In this document: in pieces, positions 10,512 through 18,379 of the stretch
How the letters are laid out: every line of letters begins with the position of its first letter
Position numbering within the stretch: position 1 is the stretch's first letter
Virus record (IMG/VR): IMGVR_UViG_3300042301_002266
Span: 1 to 64,000 of that record
DNA: 64,000 nt
Reading direction: 5' to 3' (one strand)
Source of the DNA: a virus
Notes under the pieces: model-generated
What the model saw: the letters and a program-made list of their open reading frames with translations, nothing else
Database searches by the model: none
What the model was told of the DNA's origin: nothing
Position numbers and translations under genes: made by a program

Positions 10512-12224
10512 ATGGTAGATTTACAAAAGGCATCCCTTACTACTAATGGTAATCAAGTTACTCTTACCATGCCTATCTCAAAGGTAGACGTAGAAAAAAG
10601 AATTGTTTCTGGCTTTGCAACCCTTGATAACATTGACCGTCAAGGTGATCGTGTTACAGCAGAAGCTTCACGAAAGGCATTTGAAAATTTCAGAGGAAAT
10701 GTACGCCTTATGCACCAGCCAATTCCAGCAGGTAAAGTTGTAAACTTTCGCACTGAAACATTTTTTGATCCAAACACAAACAAGCAATATAGCGGTGTTT
10801 ATGTAGATACATATGTTTCCAAAGGTGCACAAGAAGTATGGGAAATGGTTCTTGATGGAACCCTTACTGGATTCTCAATTGGTGGAAACGTAAAAGACTC
10901 AGAAAGCGTTCTTGATGGAGAATCAAAGAACAGCGTAAGAATTATCAAAGACTATGATCTAGTAGAACTATCATTAGTTGATTCCCCTGCAAATCACCTA
11001 GCAAATATTTTTTCAATTCAAAAAACAGACAGTGGAGATATCGCTACTGGAATTTTTAACAAGTCAAATATCCAAAATGTATTTTGGTGTGAAGTTGACG
11101 AACTAGCATACGTTGATGAAAATGAATCACACAAGTGTGCTAATTGCGATTCAGATCTAACCTCAATTGGTTGGATTGATGAGGTTTCTAAAGAAGATAT
11201 TGCCAAAGCAGTATTTTCTCTTATTCAAAAATCTAATGATAATGTCCTAACAAATGAAGAAACTCCAAATAAGTACCCAGAACAAAATGAACTAGAAGAT
11301 GAGCTATTAAAAGCAAAATATAAAGTTGGAGATTTTGTTCAATGGAACTCTTCAGGTGGTACCGCAAGAGGAAAGGTTACAAGAGTTGTAACTAATGGTA
11401 CAATAAAGGTACCCAACTCTGATTTCACTATTACTGGTACACAAGAAAATCCAGCAGTAGCTATTAGAGTTTACCAGAAGGATGGAAATTCTTGGAAACC
11501 ATCCGATACCACAGTAGGACATAGAATGAACACACTGAGATCTTGGGCAACAAAGGTTGCTAAATCTTTAGGTGTAACCACAGGTTTGCTACCATCAGAA
11601 GTAGTAAAAATGGCAGTTGACTTAGAATCAGTTGCCTACCAACAAAATGAAGGAGGTGTTGAAGTGGCTGAAAATACAGAGGTCGTAGAGACCAATGAAG
11701 ATATTATCAAGTCTGATGAAGTAGCTGAAGATGTTGTAGTTGATGAAGTTGTTGAAGAATCTGCAGAAATCGCAGAAGAAGCACCAGCAGAAGAAGCTCC
11801 AGTAGCAGAAGCACCAACAGAAGAATCTGTTGAAAAGTCTGATTCAGAAAATGTTGAAGCTACAGTAGCCTCCACCGATAACGGTGAGGTAACTGATATG
11901 GCTAAGGCTCTTGATGAGATTAAAAACTTCATTTCAGAAACAATTTCAACGAATACTGCAACAAATACAAATGCTATCAATGAGGTAGCAACATCTGTTG
12001 CAGAAGTAACAAAGGCTCTTGCAGATAAAAATGAAGAGTTAAACAAAGCTTTGGCTGATGTTAAAAGCACTTTGGAAAATCTAAATTCCAGAGTTGACTC
12101 GGTTGAGTCAGACACAGCCGTAAAGAAGTCTGGAGAATTGGAAAATGCTCCAGAACAGACTACCGTACTACGCAAGTCAGTATGGGGTGGACGCTTCCTC
12201 GGCTCCGCAGAATACCTAAATTAA
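10512..12224 (+). CDS. Prohead (capsid maturation) protease fused to a Zn-ribbon, a Tudor-like (DUF2945/Hva1-like) domain and an acidic scaffold
   Basis: HK97-type protease motifs VRLMH, GFSIGG, ELSLVDSPAN. Insert KVGDFVQWNSSGG...VGHR. E/A-rich coiled-coil C-terminus. Confidence 0.88.
   Translation: MVDLQKASLTTNGNQVTLTMPISKVDVEKRIVSGFATLDNIDRQGDRVTAEASRKAFENFRGNVRLMHQPIPAGKVVNFRTETFFDPNTNKQYSGVYVDTYVSKGAQEVWEMVLDGTLTGFSIGGNVKDSESVLDGESKNSVRIIKDYDLVELSLVDSPANHLANIFSIQKTDSGDIATGIFNKSNIQNVFWCEVDELAYVDENESHKCANCDSDLTSIGWIDEVSKEDIAKAVFSLIQKSNDNVLTNEETPNKYPEQNELEDELLKAKYKVGDFVQWNSSGGTARGKVTRVVTNGTIKVPNSDFTITGTQENPAVAIRVYQKDGNSWKPSDTTVGHRMNTLRSWATKVAKSLGVTTGLLPSEVVKMAVDLESVAYQQNEGGVEVAENTEVVETNEDIIKSDEVAEDVVVDEVVEESAEIAEEAPAEEAPVAEAPTEESVEKSDSENVEATVASTDNGEVTDMAKALDEIKNFISETISTNTATNTNAINEVATSVAEVTKALADKNEELNKALADVKSTLENLNSRVDSVESDTAVKKSGELENAPEQTTVLRKSVWGGRFLGSAEYLN
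11664..12224 (+). CDS. Putative nested scaffolding protein (internal in-frame start)
   Basis: AGGAGGT at 11651-11657, 6 nt before an in-frame GTG that begins the acidic region. Confidence 0.6.
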   Translation: MAENTEVVETNEDIIKSDEVAEDVVVDEVVEESAEIAEEAPAEEAPVAEAPTEESVEKSDSENVEATVASTDNGEVTDMAKALDEIKNFISETISTNTATNTNAINEVATSVAEVTKALADKNEELNKALADVKSTLENLNSRVDSVESDTAVKKSGELENAPEQTTVLRKSVWGGRFLGSAEYLN

Positions 12225-12251
12225 AAAGGAAAAGAAGGTGAAATAAATAAA

Positions 12252-13301
12252 ATGAGTGATATTATCGAAAAGGCTGCAGCAAGTGGTACAGTAATCTCTC
12301 CACTGGAATCCCCAGGTGCAATGACATCTTTTGATGTTAGCACAAACGAGGGTGGTGTACTTAACCCAGAGCAGTCACGTCAGTTTATCGACTATATTTT
12401 TGACGAGATGGTTCTCGCCAATGATGGTCGTAGAGTTGTAATGAGAGCAAATACAATGGAACTTGATAAGGTTCGTGTTGGTTCACGTCTTGTTGCTAAG
12501 GCAACACAGGCTGAGGATACAGGAAGCAATTCAGCTCCAGCGTTTACAAAAATCGAACTTACAACAACGAAGTTCCGTCTAGACTACGAACTTTCAACAG
12601 AATCCCTAGAGGATAACATTGAAGGTGAGCAGCTTGAGGATCACATCGTTCGCTTGATGGCAACTCAGTTCGGAAACGATCTTGAGGACATTGCTATCAA
12701 TGGTCGTCCAGCAACATCAGGAGATGGTTCTTACAATAACACCCTTGCAGGGTTCTATCGTCAGACACTTGATGCAACATATGCAGGAGCACACGAAGCT
12801 GCTGCTGCATCTGCAACAATGACCAACATTTGGGAGTCTACTCCTGAATCAAGCGATGGTTCAACAACGACACTTGGTTTGGACGCTATTGAAGCAATCT
12901 ACAATGCATTGCCTCGTAAGTTCAAGGCTCGCCGTCAGGACCTTAAGTTCTACATGAACAGCAAGCATCTATCAGAATTGCTTTCCGAGTTGAGAAACAT
13001 CGGAACAGTTCCAGATATGGTTGCTACCCGTGTAATCGATGGTGTAATTCCACAGGTTGGTGGATCCGCAGGTGCACAATACCTGATCTTCGGACTACCA
13101 GTTGTAGAAGTACCTTTGTATCCAGACAACTATGTTGATCTAACTCTACCAAGCAACAGAATCTGGGGCTTCCAGCGTGATGTAACCGTACATCGTGAAT
13201 TCAAGCCAAAGAAGGACACAGTAGAGTACACAGTATACGTCCGTATGGGTGTAGCAGTAGAAGAAAAGTCAGCGATTGCATACGCAACTCGTGCCAGCTA
13301 A
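12252..13301 (+). CDS. Major capsid protein (HK97 fold)
   Basis: GGVLNPEQ..QFID, ESLEDNIEG and FGNDLEDIAING motifs; biased codon use; position after the protease. Confidence 0.92.
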   Translation: MSDIIEKAAASGTVISPLESPGAMTSFDVSTNEGGVLNPEQSRQFIDYIFDEMVLANDGRRVVMRANTMELDKVRVGSRLVAKATQAEDTGSNSAPAFTKIELTTTKFRLDYELSTESLEDNIEGEQLEDHIVRLMATQFGNDLEDIAINGRPATSGDGSYNNTLAGFYRQTLDATYAGAHEAAAASATMTNIWESTPESSDGSTTTLGLDAIEAIYNALPRKFKARRQDLKFYMNSKHLSELLSELRNIGTVPDMVATRVIDGVIPQVGGSAGAQYLIFGLPVVEVPLYPDNYVDLTLPSNRIWGFQRDVTVHREFKPKKDTVEYTVYVRMGVAVEEKSAIAYATRAS

Positions 13302-13312
13302 TCTATCTATTA

Positions 13313-13344
13313 AAAACAGGGGCTGCTTCGGTAGCCCCTGTTTT
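13313..13344 (+). terminator. Intrinsic (probably bidirectional) terminator after MCP
   Basis: AAAACAGGGGCTGC-TTCG-GTAGCCCCTGTTTT hairpin with A and T tracts. Confidence 0.85.
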
Positions 13345-13378
13345 ACTTTTAGTGTATAATTTATCATAGGAGGATTTT

Positions 13379-13801
13379 GTGTTTAACGATAAAACTGTTT
13401 ACGAATTAAAAAGCATCTGTATGATGTATGATATTGAATATCCAAAAACTGCTAAGAAAGCTGATATTATTAAGCTAATTAAAGAAGCAGGGATTACAGA
13501 AGAAAAATATGCAAAAGACCTTGAAGATGCATTTGGTATCAAAGAGGCAGAAAAAGTAGAAAAAGAAGTAGAAGTTGTAGAAAAGAAGCCAGTTGAGACT
13601 AAGACCGAAGAAAAGGTTGTACTAAAAATGGTATACCCAAGAGGTGCTTATAATGTTGGAAACGGAATTGTTTTTACAATAGACGAGCCTTTTAAGATGT
13701 TTTCAAGATCTGTTGCAGATGACATCTTAAGGAGAGCAAAAGACGAAGTAAGGGAGGCTACTCCAGAAGAAGTTGCAACATTCTATGGCGTTAATGTTTA
13801 A
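13379..13801 (+). CDS. Protein with an N-terminal HeH/Rho-N-like domain
   Basis: KTVYELKSIC....I.YP..AKKADII pattern; AGGAGG SD. Confidence 0.6.
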   Translation: MFNDKTVYELKSICMMYDIEYPKTAKKADIIKLIKEAGITEEKYAKDLEDAFGIKEAEKVEKEVEVVEKKPVETKTEEKVVLKMVYPRGAYNVGNGIVFTIDEPFKMFSRSVADDILRRAKDEVREATPEEVATFYGVNV

Positions 13802-14949
13802 TGAAAGAATACTTAAGAACCGAAGGTGATGCTGTAACCATTCCGTATACAGCACCATTAGGTACTGATGCGGTTGTTTTTAGTGTTTATGATCTTGATT
13901 TAGAAGAGTATGTTCAGTCCGATGAGTCATTGGCAAAAAGAGCAACTGTAACAGCAGCATCTGGTAATGGAACTATAATTACCTATACCGCATCAAATAC
14001 TTTTGCTGTTGGTGACACAGTTACCATCACTGGTCTATCAGTAACAACTGGACTTACTCTTAATAAAACAAATGTTGTAATTGCAACCAGATCAGATTCA
14101 CAATTTACAGTAACAGACTCAACAATTGGAACTTCTATAGCAACACAATCTGGTACAGCGTTGCAAACAACAAGTGATTTTGATTTAGTTTTAGATCAAG
14201 ATGTTACTACATATGATAGAAGATTAAGAATTGAGCTTCAAATTATTGATGCATCTTCATATACAGAAGATGAGATTTATGCAAGCATTATCAGACCATA
14301 TGCCACAACAACAGAACTGGCAGATTACGCTGGATTAGAAATCGTTAACGGCACTCCAGGCTTTGGTGAAATTACCGAAGCAGAACTAATAAAATTAGAA
14401 AGAAAAGCAAGGCTTTATATTAATTCAAGAATTAGTGACAGTTTTAATTTTAACTATAAAACAGTAGGTGTTCTAGGTCAAGGAACAGATGTACTTTATA
14501 TGGGACAAAGAATTCAATCTTTTGATAAAATAATTAAAGACGATGAAGTAATTTATGATATTACAGCAGATCCAGAAATTAATCTTTTAGATTATCCATT
14601 TGCTGTAACTAACGGAAAAAACTCTCTAAAGGTTGTTTGGGAAGGTGAAAACATTATTGAATGGTCTGACACTAGCGTTATTAATTCTTCAGGATACTTT
14701 GAAAGAAATAGTTTGTATCTAGTTCGTGGTGAGTACGGATGGAAGTATGTTCCAAATGATATTAATCAAGCCACACTAGAGCTTGTAAATGACATGATTT
14801 GTTCAGATTTTAATTATAGAAACCGTGGAGTAAAGTCTGTTAAAAACGATGCCTACACAATTGAGTTCCAGCCTGGAACAGGTATTGGAAGCATTTTAGT
14901 AGAATCACTAATTGCACCTTATAAAAGACTTGATCTTTGGGCGGTGTAA
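13801..14949 (+). CDS. Head-to-tail adaptor with an inserted beta module
   Basis: PYAT..EL, AR.YIN and GEYGWKYVPNDI..A motifs; position after MCP. Confidence 0.7.
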   Translation: MKEYLRTEGDAVTIPYTAPLGTDAVVFSVYDLDLEEYVQSDESLAKRATVTAASGNGTIITYTASNTFAVGDTVTITGLSVTTGLTLNKTNVVIATRSDSQFTVTDSTIGTSIATQSGTALQTTSDFDLVLDQDVTTYDRRLRIELQIIDASSYTEDEIYASIIRPYATTTELADYAGLEIVNGTPGFGEITEAELIKLERKARLYINSRISDSFNFNYKTVGVLGQGTDVLYMGQRIQSFDKIIKDDEVIYDITADPEINLLDYPFAVTNGKNSLKVVWEGENIIEWSDTSVINSSGYFERNSLYLVRGEYGWKYVPNDINQATLELVNDMICSDFNYRNRGVKSVKNDAYTIEFQPGTGIGSILVESLIAPYKRLDLWAV

Positions 14950-14952
14950 TAA

Positions 14953-15396
14953 ATGAGTTGTCTAGCTCATGCCTCATACACAATGAAGGCAGATATCTAT
15001 AGTCCTAGAAAAATACAGGATGTAAACAGTGGAACTTTTCAGAACATATGGACCTTAACATCTACGGTTGATTGTTTAGCCAAGGGTATAGTTAGAGATA
15101 CTATATCTCAAAACTCCAGTGCTGTTGATATCAAAAACTATTTAACTGCAGTTAGTAATATCGTAAAGGTAAGAACTGCAAATCCAATAAGCTCAGAAGA
15201 CAGAGTGGTTAACGTCAGGAATGCCTCAGGAACCATCTGGAGCGAATCTGGGGTCATTACAACAAGTGGTGGTGTTGAAGGAGCAACTATCTTTGAGCCT
15301 CGTGGTAGTACCCCAATTATTGATTTTGATGGTAAAGTTCTAGAATATGAAACAGTTCTTTACAGACAGGAAATCCAAACTCTGGAGACAGAGTAA
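14953..15396 (+). CDS. Head closure/stopper protein (putative)
   Basis: Size and position in the neck module. Confidence 0.55.
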   Translation: MSCLAHASYTMKADIYSPRKIQDVNSGTFQNIWTLTSTVDCLAKGIVRDTISQNSSAVDIKNYLTAVSNIVKVRTANPISSEDRVVNVRNASGTIWSESGVITTSGGVEGATIFEPRGSTPIIDFDGKVLEYETVLYRQEIQTLETE

Positions 15397-16124
15397 TGGC
15401 TAGAAGTATCAATACAGGACCTTTAAGGGCACTTGTAAAGCCTAAATCAAGAAAGCATATACGAACAGGCAACATAACAGAAAAAATCGCTGCTAGTGTT
15501 TTATTTAATTCAGAACTCATTAATAGAATAAATAATCAGGATAAGTCAAGAATTCAAGTAGCAGGGCTAAAAATGATTGCTACCTATTTTGAGGCATATG
15601 TAGATAACTTAGCAAGAATGAATCATTCTAAGTTTCATCATATTTATGAACCAGGAATGACGGGTATGAAAACAGGAAGACTTTTTGAGTCTTCAATAAC
15701 CTCATCTGCAATTAAACCAAACTTAGTATATAACTTTTTGCCATCAAGAGTTCCACCAGAAAGTGGATATGTTTTTAAAAACAAAGCATATGTCATGGAG
15801 AATCAAATACCTCTTACAATCACAGCCAGAAATGCTGAGTATCTTAGATTTGAATATGAGGGTGAATTCTATTCAAAGAAAACAGTATTTGTTGCAGAGC
15901 CTGGTGGATCAGATGTTGGTGGAGCATTCGTTGAAACATTTAATACATTCATGACTTCAATGGCAGGAGCAGCATTAGCTGACTTGTCATTCTTTGATAG
16001 AATTGAAAAAGGAATTTCAAATGAATCAAGAATTGCACTTGCTAGAGTTTCTGCTGGTAAAATAGAAGGTATGGCATCTGAAGCAGCAAAATCAGCAAAT
16101 AATATTGTTAGGAGATTAAAGTAA
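15396..16124 (+). CDS. Neck/tail completion protein (putative)
   Basis: Position; HHIYE and FKNKAYVME motifs; basic. Confidence 0.45.
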   Translation: MARSINTGPLRALVKPKSRKHIRTGNITEKIAASVLFNSELINRINNQDKSRIQVAGLKMIATYFEAYVDNLARMNHSKFHHIYEPGMTGMKTGRLFESSITSSAIKPNLVYNFLPSRVPPESGYVFKNKAYVMENQIPLTITARNAEYLRFEYEGEFYSKKTVFVAEPGGSDVGGAFVETFNTFMTSMAGAALADLSFFDRIEKGISNESRIALARVSAGKIEGMASEAAKSANNIVRRLK

Positions 16125-16846
16125 TGACTTACAATAAGCTACCTATTCAATTAATAAATAAGTATATTTGGGATTTAGCAGCAGGTCTTGTAGATGGAAA
16201 TGTTGTTGATACTGGTGCAATAAACGTAGATAACTATTCTTTAAACGGAACAACATCAACTATTTCTGGAATAACATTTTCTGATGAGATATCCACAGTT
16301 ACAACAACTGAACCTCATGGAGTTATAGCCAACCAGCTATGTAAAGTATCTGGAGTAAATTCCTATTATGATAAGAATCATAGAGTTCTTTCAACGCCAA
16401 CACCAACAACCTTTACTATCGCTAGACCAGAACTAGGTTCAAATGCAGCAGGGGGAGGTACAGTCAAAGAAATAGGGCTATTCCCATTTTATCCAGTAGC
16501 AGAAAACTCTGGTGCAAATACAGACATTACACCATTCGTAATCTATGATTTCCTATTTACACCACCAAAAGATACTCAGTGGTTTATTGACTGTGAAAAA
16601 GCTGTATATACGATAGTAGGGGAGTTGCCTCAAATTTACTACTTTAGGAACTTTATCTACGAAACATTGAAAAAGTTTGATATTTCAGCTCAGGCAGTAA
16701 ATGAATATATTCAAGATGATGAGATTAAGTTCAAGTTTATCAAGTGTGAGCAATCAAACTATATGATTGATGAAAAAAGGGTTGATAGCTTTAAGCCTAA
16801 ATTTGTCACTTCTTTAATCTTAACTTACGATTATACTAAATCATAA
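16124..16846 (+). CDS. Tail terminator-like protein with an inserted beta module
   Basis: Directly upstream of the tail tube; PFVIYD motif. Confidence 0.55.
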   Translation: MTYNKLPIQLINKYIWDLAAGLVDGNVVDTGAINVDNYSLNGTTSTISGITFSDEISTVTTTEPHGVIANQLCKVSGVNSYYDKNHRVLSTPTPTTFTIARPELGSNAAGGGTVKEIGLFPFYPVAENSGANTDITPFVIYDFLFTPPKDTQWFIDCEKAVYTIVGELPQIYYFRNFIYETLKKFDISAQAVNEYIQDDEIKFKFIKCEQSNYMIDEKRVDSFKPKFVTSLILTYDYTKS

Positions 16847-16932
16847 ACTTAACTATGATACTATTAACTTGAGGAAGCAAGACCACAGCAAGTCATATAT
16901 CTAAAACATGACAGGAGGTGTAAAAATACACT

Positions 16933-17604
16933 ATGGCAATTGGTAATGCAAAAAATATTATCGTAGGTGCTGGTGCTCTTTATGTAGGGTCTACCACAGG
17001 CACTGAATACGGTGAAAATACTCTACCAGCAGCATCTTCAACACTTTCGGGTTCCGTAAAGCGTTTGACAGATCCAGCTAACGTAGATCCAACAGATTGG
17101 AAATCCGTAGGCTATACATCAGAAGGTGCAGAACTTTCTTTTGAACCAGACTTCGGTGAAGTTCAAGTTGATCAACTTCTTGACGTTGCAAAGATCTTCA
17201 AGCAAGGTCAGCGAGTAATGGTTAACACAACCCTTACAGAAGCAACACTAGAAAACATGCTAATCGTTCTTGGTGCTGATGCAGATGACCTTTCGGGTGC
17301 ATCTACAGCAGACATTCAGACTTTCACAATTAACGGTGGTTCTCTTGGATATACTCCACTAGAACGTTCCATCGCAATTATTGGTCCAGGTCCAGATTCA
17401 AAGACAACAGCAGGTGAAGTAGTCGAAAGAGTCTACTTAGCTTATCGTGCTCTTTCAATGGACACAGTAACAGTTGGCATTAGAAGAAATGAAGCTACAG
17501 TTTTCCCTGTATCGTTCAGACTTCTAGCGTCTTCAACTAATACTGCATCCGATGGAAACGCAGCATATGGTAAGATCATCGACAGAGTATTTACTCCAGC
17601 GTAA
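16933..17604 (+). CDS. Major tail (tube) protein
   Basis: NIIVGAG.LY, VGYTSEG, VDQL and TLTEATLEN motifs; strong SD AGGAGGTG. Confidence 0.88.
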   Translation: MAIGNAKNIIVGAGALYVGSTTGTEYGENTLPAASSTLSGSVKRLTDPANVDPTDWKSVGYTSEGAELSFEPDFGEVQVDQLLDVAKIFKQGQRVMVNTTLTEATLENMLIVLGADADDLSGASTADIQTFTINGGSLGYTPLERSIAIIGPGPDSKTTAGEVVERVYLAYRALSMDTVTVGIRRNEATVFPVSFRLLASSTNTASDGNAAYGKIIDRVFTPA

Positions 17605-17621
17605 ACATAATTAAATAATGT

Positions 17622-17655
17622 ATAATAGGGTAGGCAGCAATGCCTACCCTATTAT
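17622..17655 (+). terminator. Perfect 15-bp hairpin after the tail tube gene (terminator or processing site)
   Basis: ATAATAGGGTAGGCA-GCAA-TGCCTACCCTATTAT. Confidence 0.75.
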
Positions 17656-17705
17656 GTTATAACGATAAATGCTATATAATTAAAGAGAATCCAAAGGAGA
17701 AAAAT

Positions 17706-18041
17706 ATGGCAACGAAAGTATACGAAAGTGTTGAGCTAGAACTTCTAGATGGCACAATTGTAAATATTAAGCCTTTAAACCTAAAGAACTTAAGAGAACT
17801 AATGAAAGAATGGCAAAAGGCACAAGAAGCAAAAGATGAAGATGATTTCTTAAATATCTTAATCAATTGCACCCAGATTGCTTTTAAGCAATACAACGCA
17901 GAACTTGCTGGAGATAGAGAAGCACTTGAAAATGCACTTGACATCCAAACAATGTATAAAATCTTGGAGGTGGCTGCTGAAATCAAGCTGAACGACCCAA
18001 ACCTCGTAGCGATGGCTCAGGAACTGGTTGGAACGAACTAG
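17706..18041 (+). CDS. Tail assembly chaperone (gpG-like)
   Basis: Lies between tail tube and tape measure; AAGGAG SD before ATG 17706. Confidence 0.8.
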   Translation: MATKVYESVELELLDGTIVNIKPLNLKNLRELMKEWQKAQEAKDEDDFLNILINCTQIAFKQYNAELAGDREALENALDIQTMYKILEVAAEIKLNDPNLVAMAQELVGTN

Positions 18042-18379
18042 ATCTTGCAGAGCTAGAGGCAGAAGTGTTCTTGCTTGGACATTGGAAAGATTACGAAGAA
18101 CTTGAGGAAAATATCTCAATGCCTGAGTTAACAGCAACGTTAAAAGCAATTTACAAAGTGGAAAATAGAAAAAATAAATTCATTGCAGCAATGCAAGGAG
18201 TAGACCTAGACTCTGACAATACTTCTTCTGACTCTACAGAAAAGCCATCGACTTTTCAAGAAATACAGGCAAGGGCAATATCAAAGCTAACTAACAACGA
18301 AAACGTTGCTGGTGCAGCCGAGCTTGGAATAACCCCAGACATGGGTATTGGTTATGCAATATTAAGGAGTGGTGAGTAA
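17996..18379 (+). CDS. Tail assembly chaperone -1 frameshift extension (gpGT-like)
   Basis: The -1 frame is open from 17981 to 18379 (…GWNELDLAELEAEVFLLGHW…). Slippery C CCA AAC at 17996-18002. Confidence 0.7.
   Translation, partial: PKPRSDGSGTGWNELDLAELEAEVFLLGHWKDYEELEENISMPELTATLKAIYKVENRKNKFIAAMQGVDLDSDNTSSDSTEKPSTFQEIQARAISKLTNNENVAGAAELGITPDMGIGYAILRSGE

Noticed and set aside
11636-12175. 179-aa minus-strand ORF, and the other minus-strand ORFs over RNR, TMP, fibre, dnaB, recA and ruvC
   Set aside because: Antisense shadows of well-supported + strand genes, with no motifs, SD or promoter.
17640-17705. N-terminal extensions in the ORF track (e.g. 17640, 3622, 25349, 43184, 54947, 58026)
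   Set aside because: They run through terminator or promoter sequence or the upstream gene; downstream starts with an SD or leaderless -10 spacing are more plausible.
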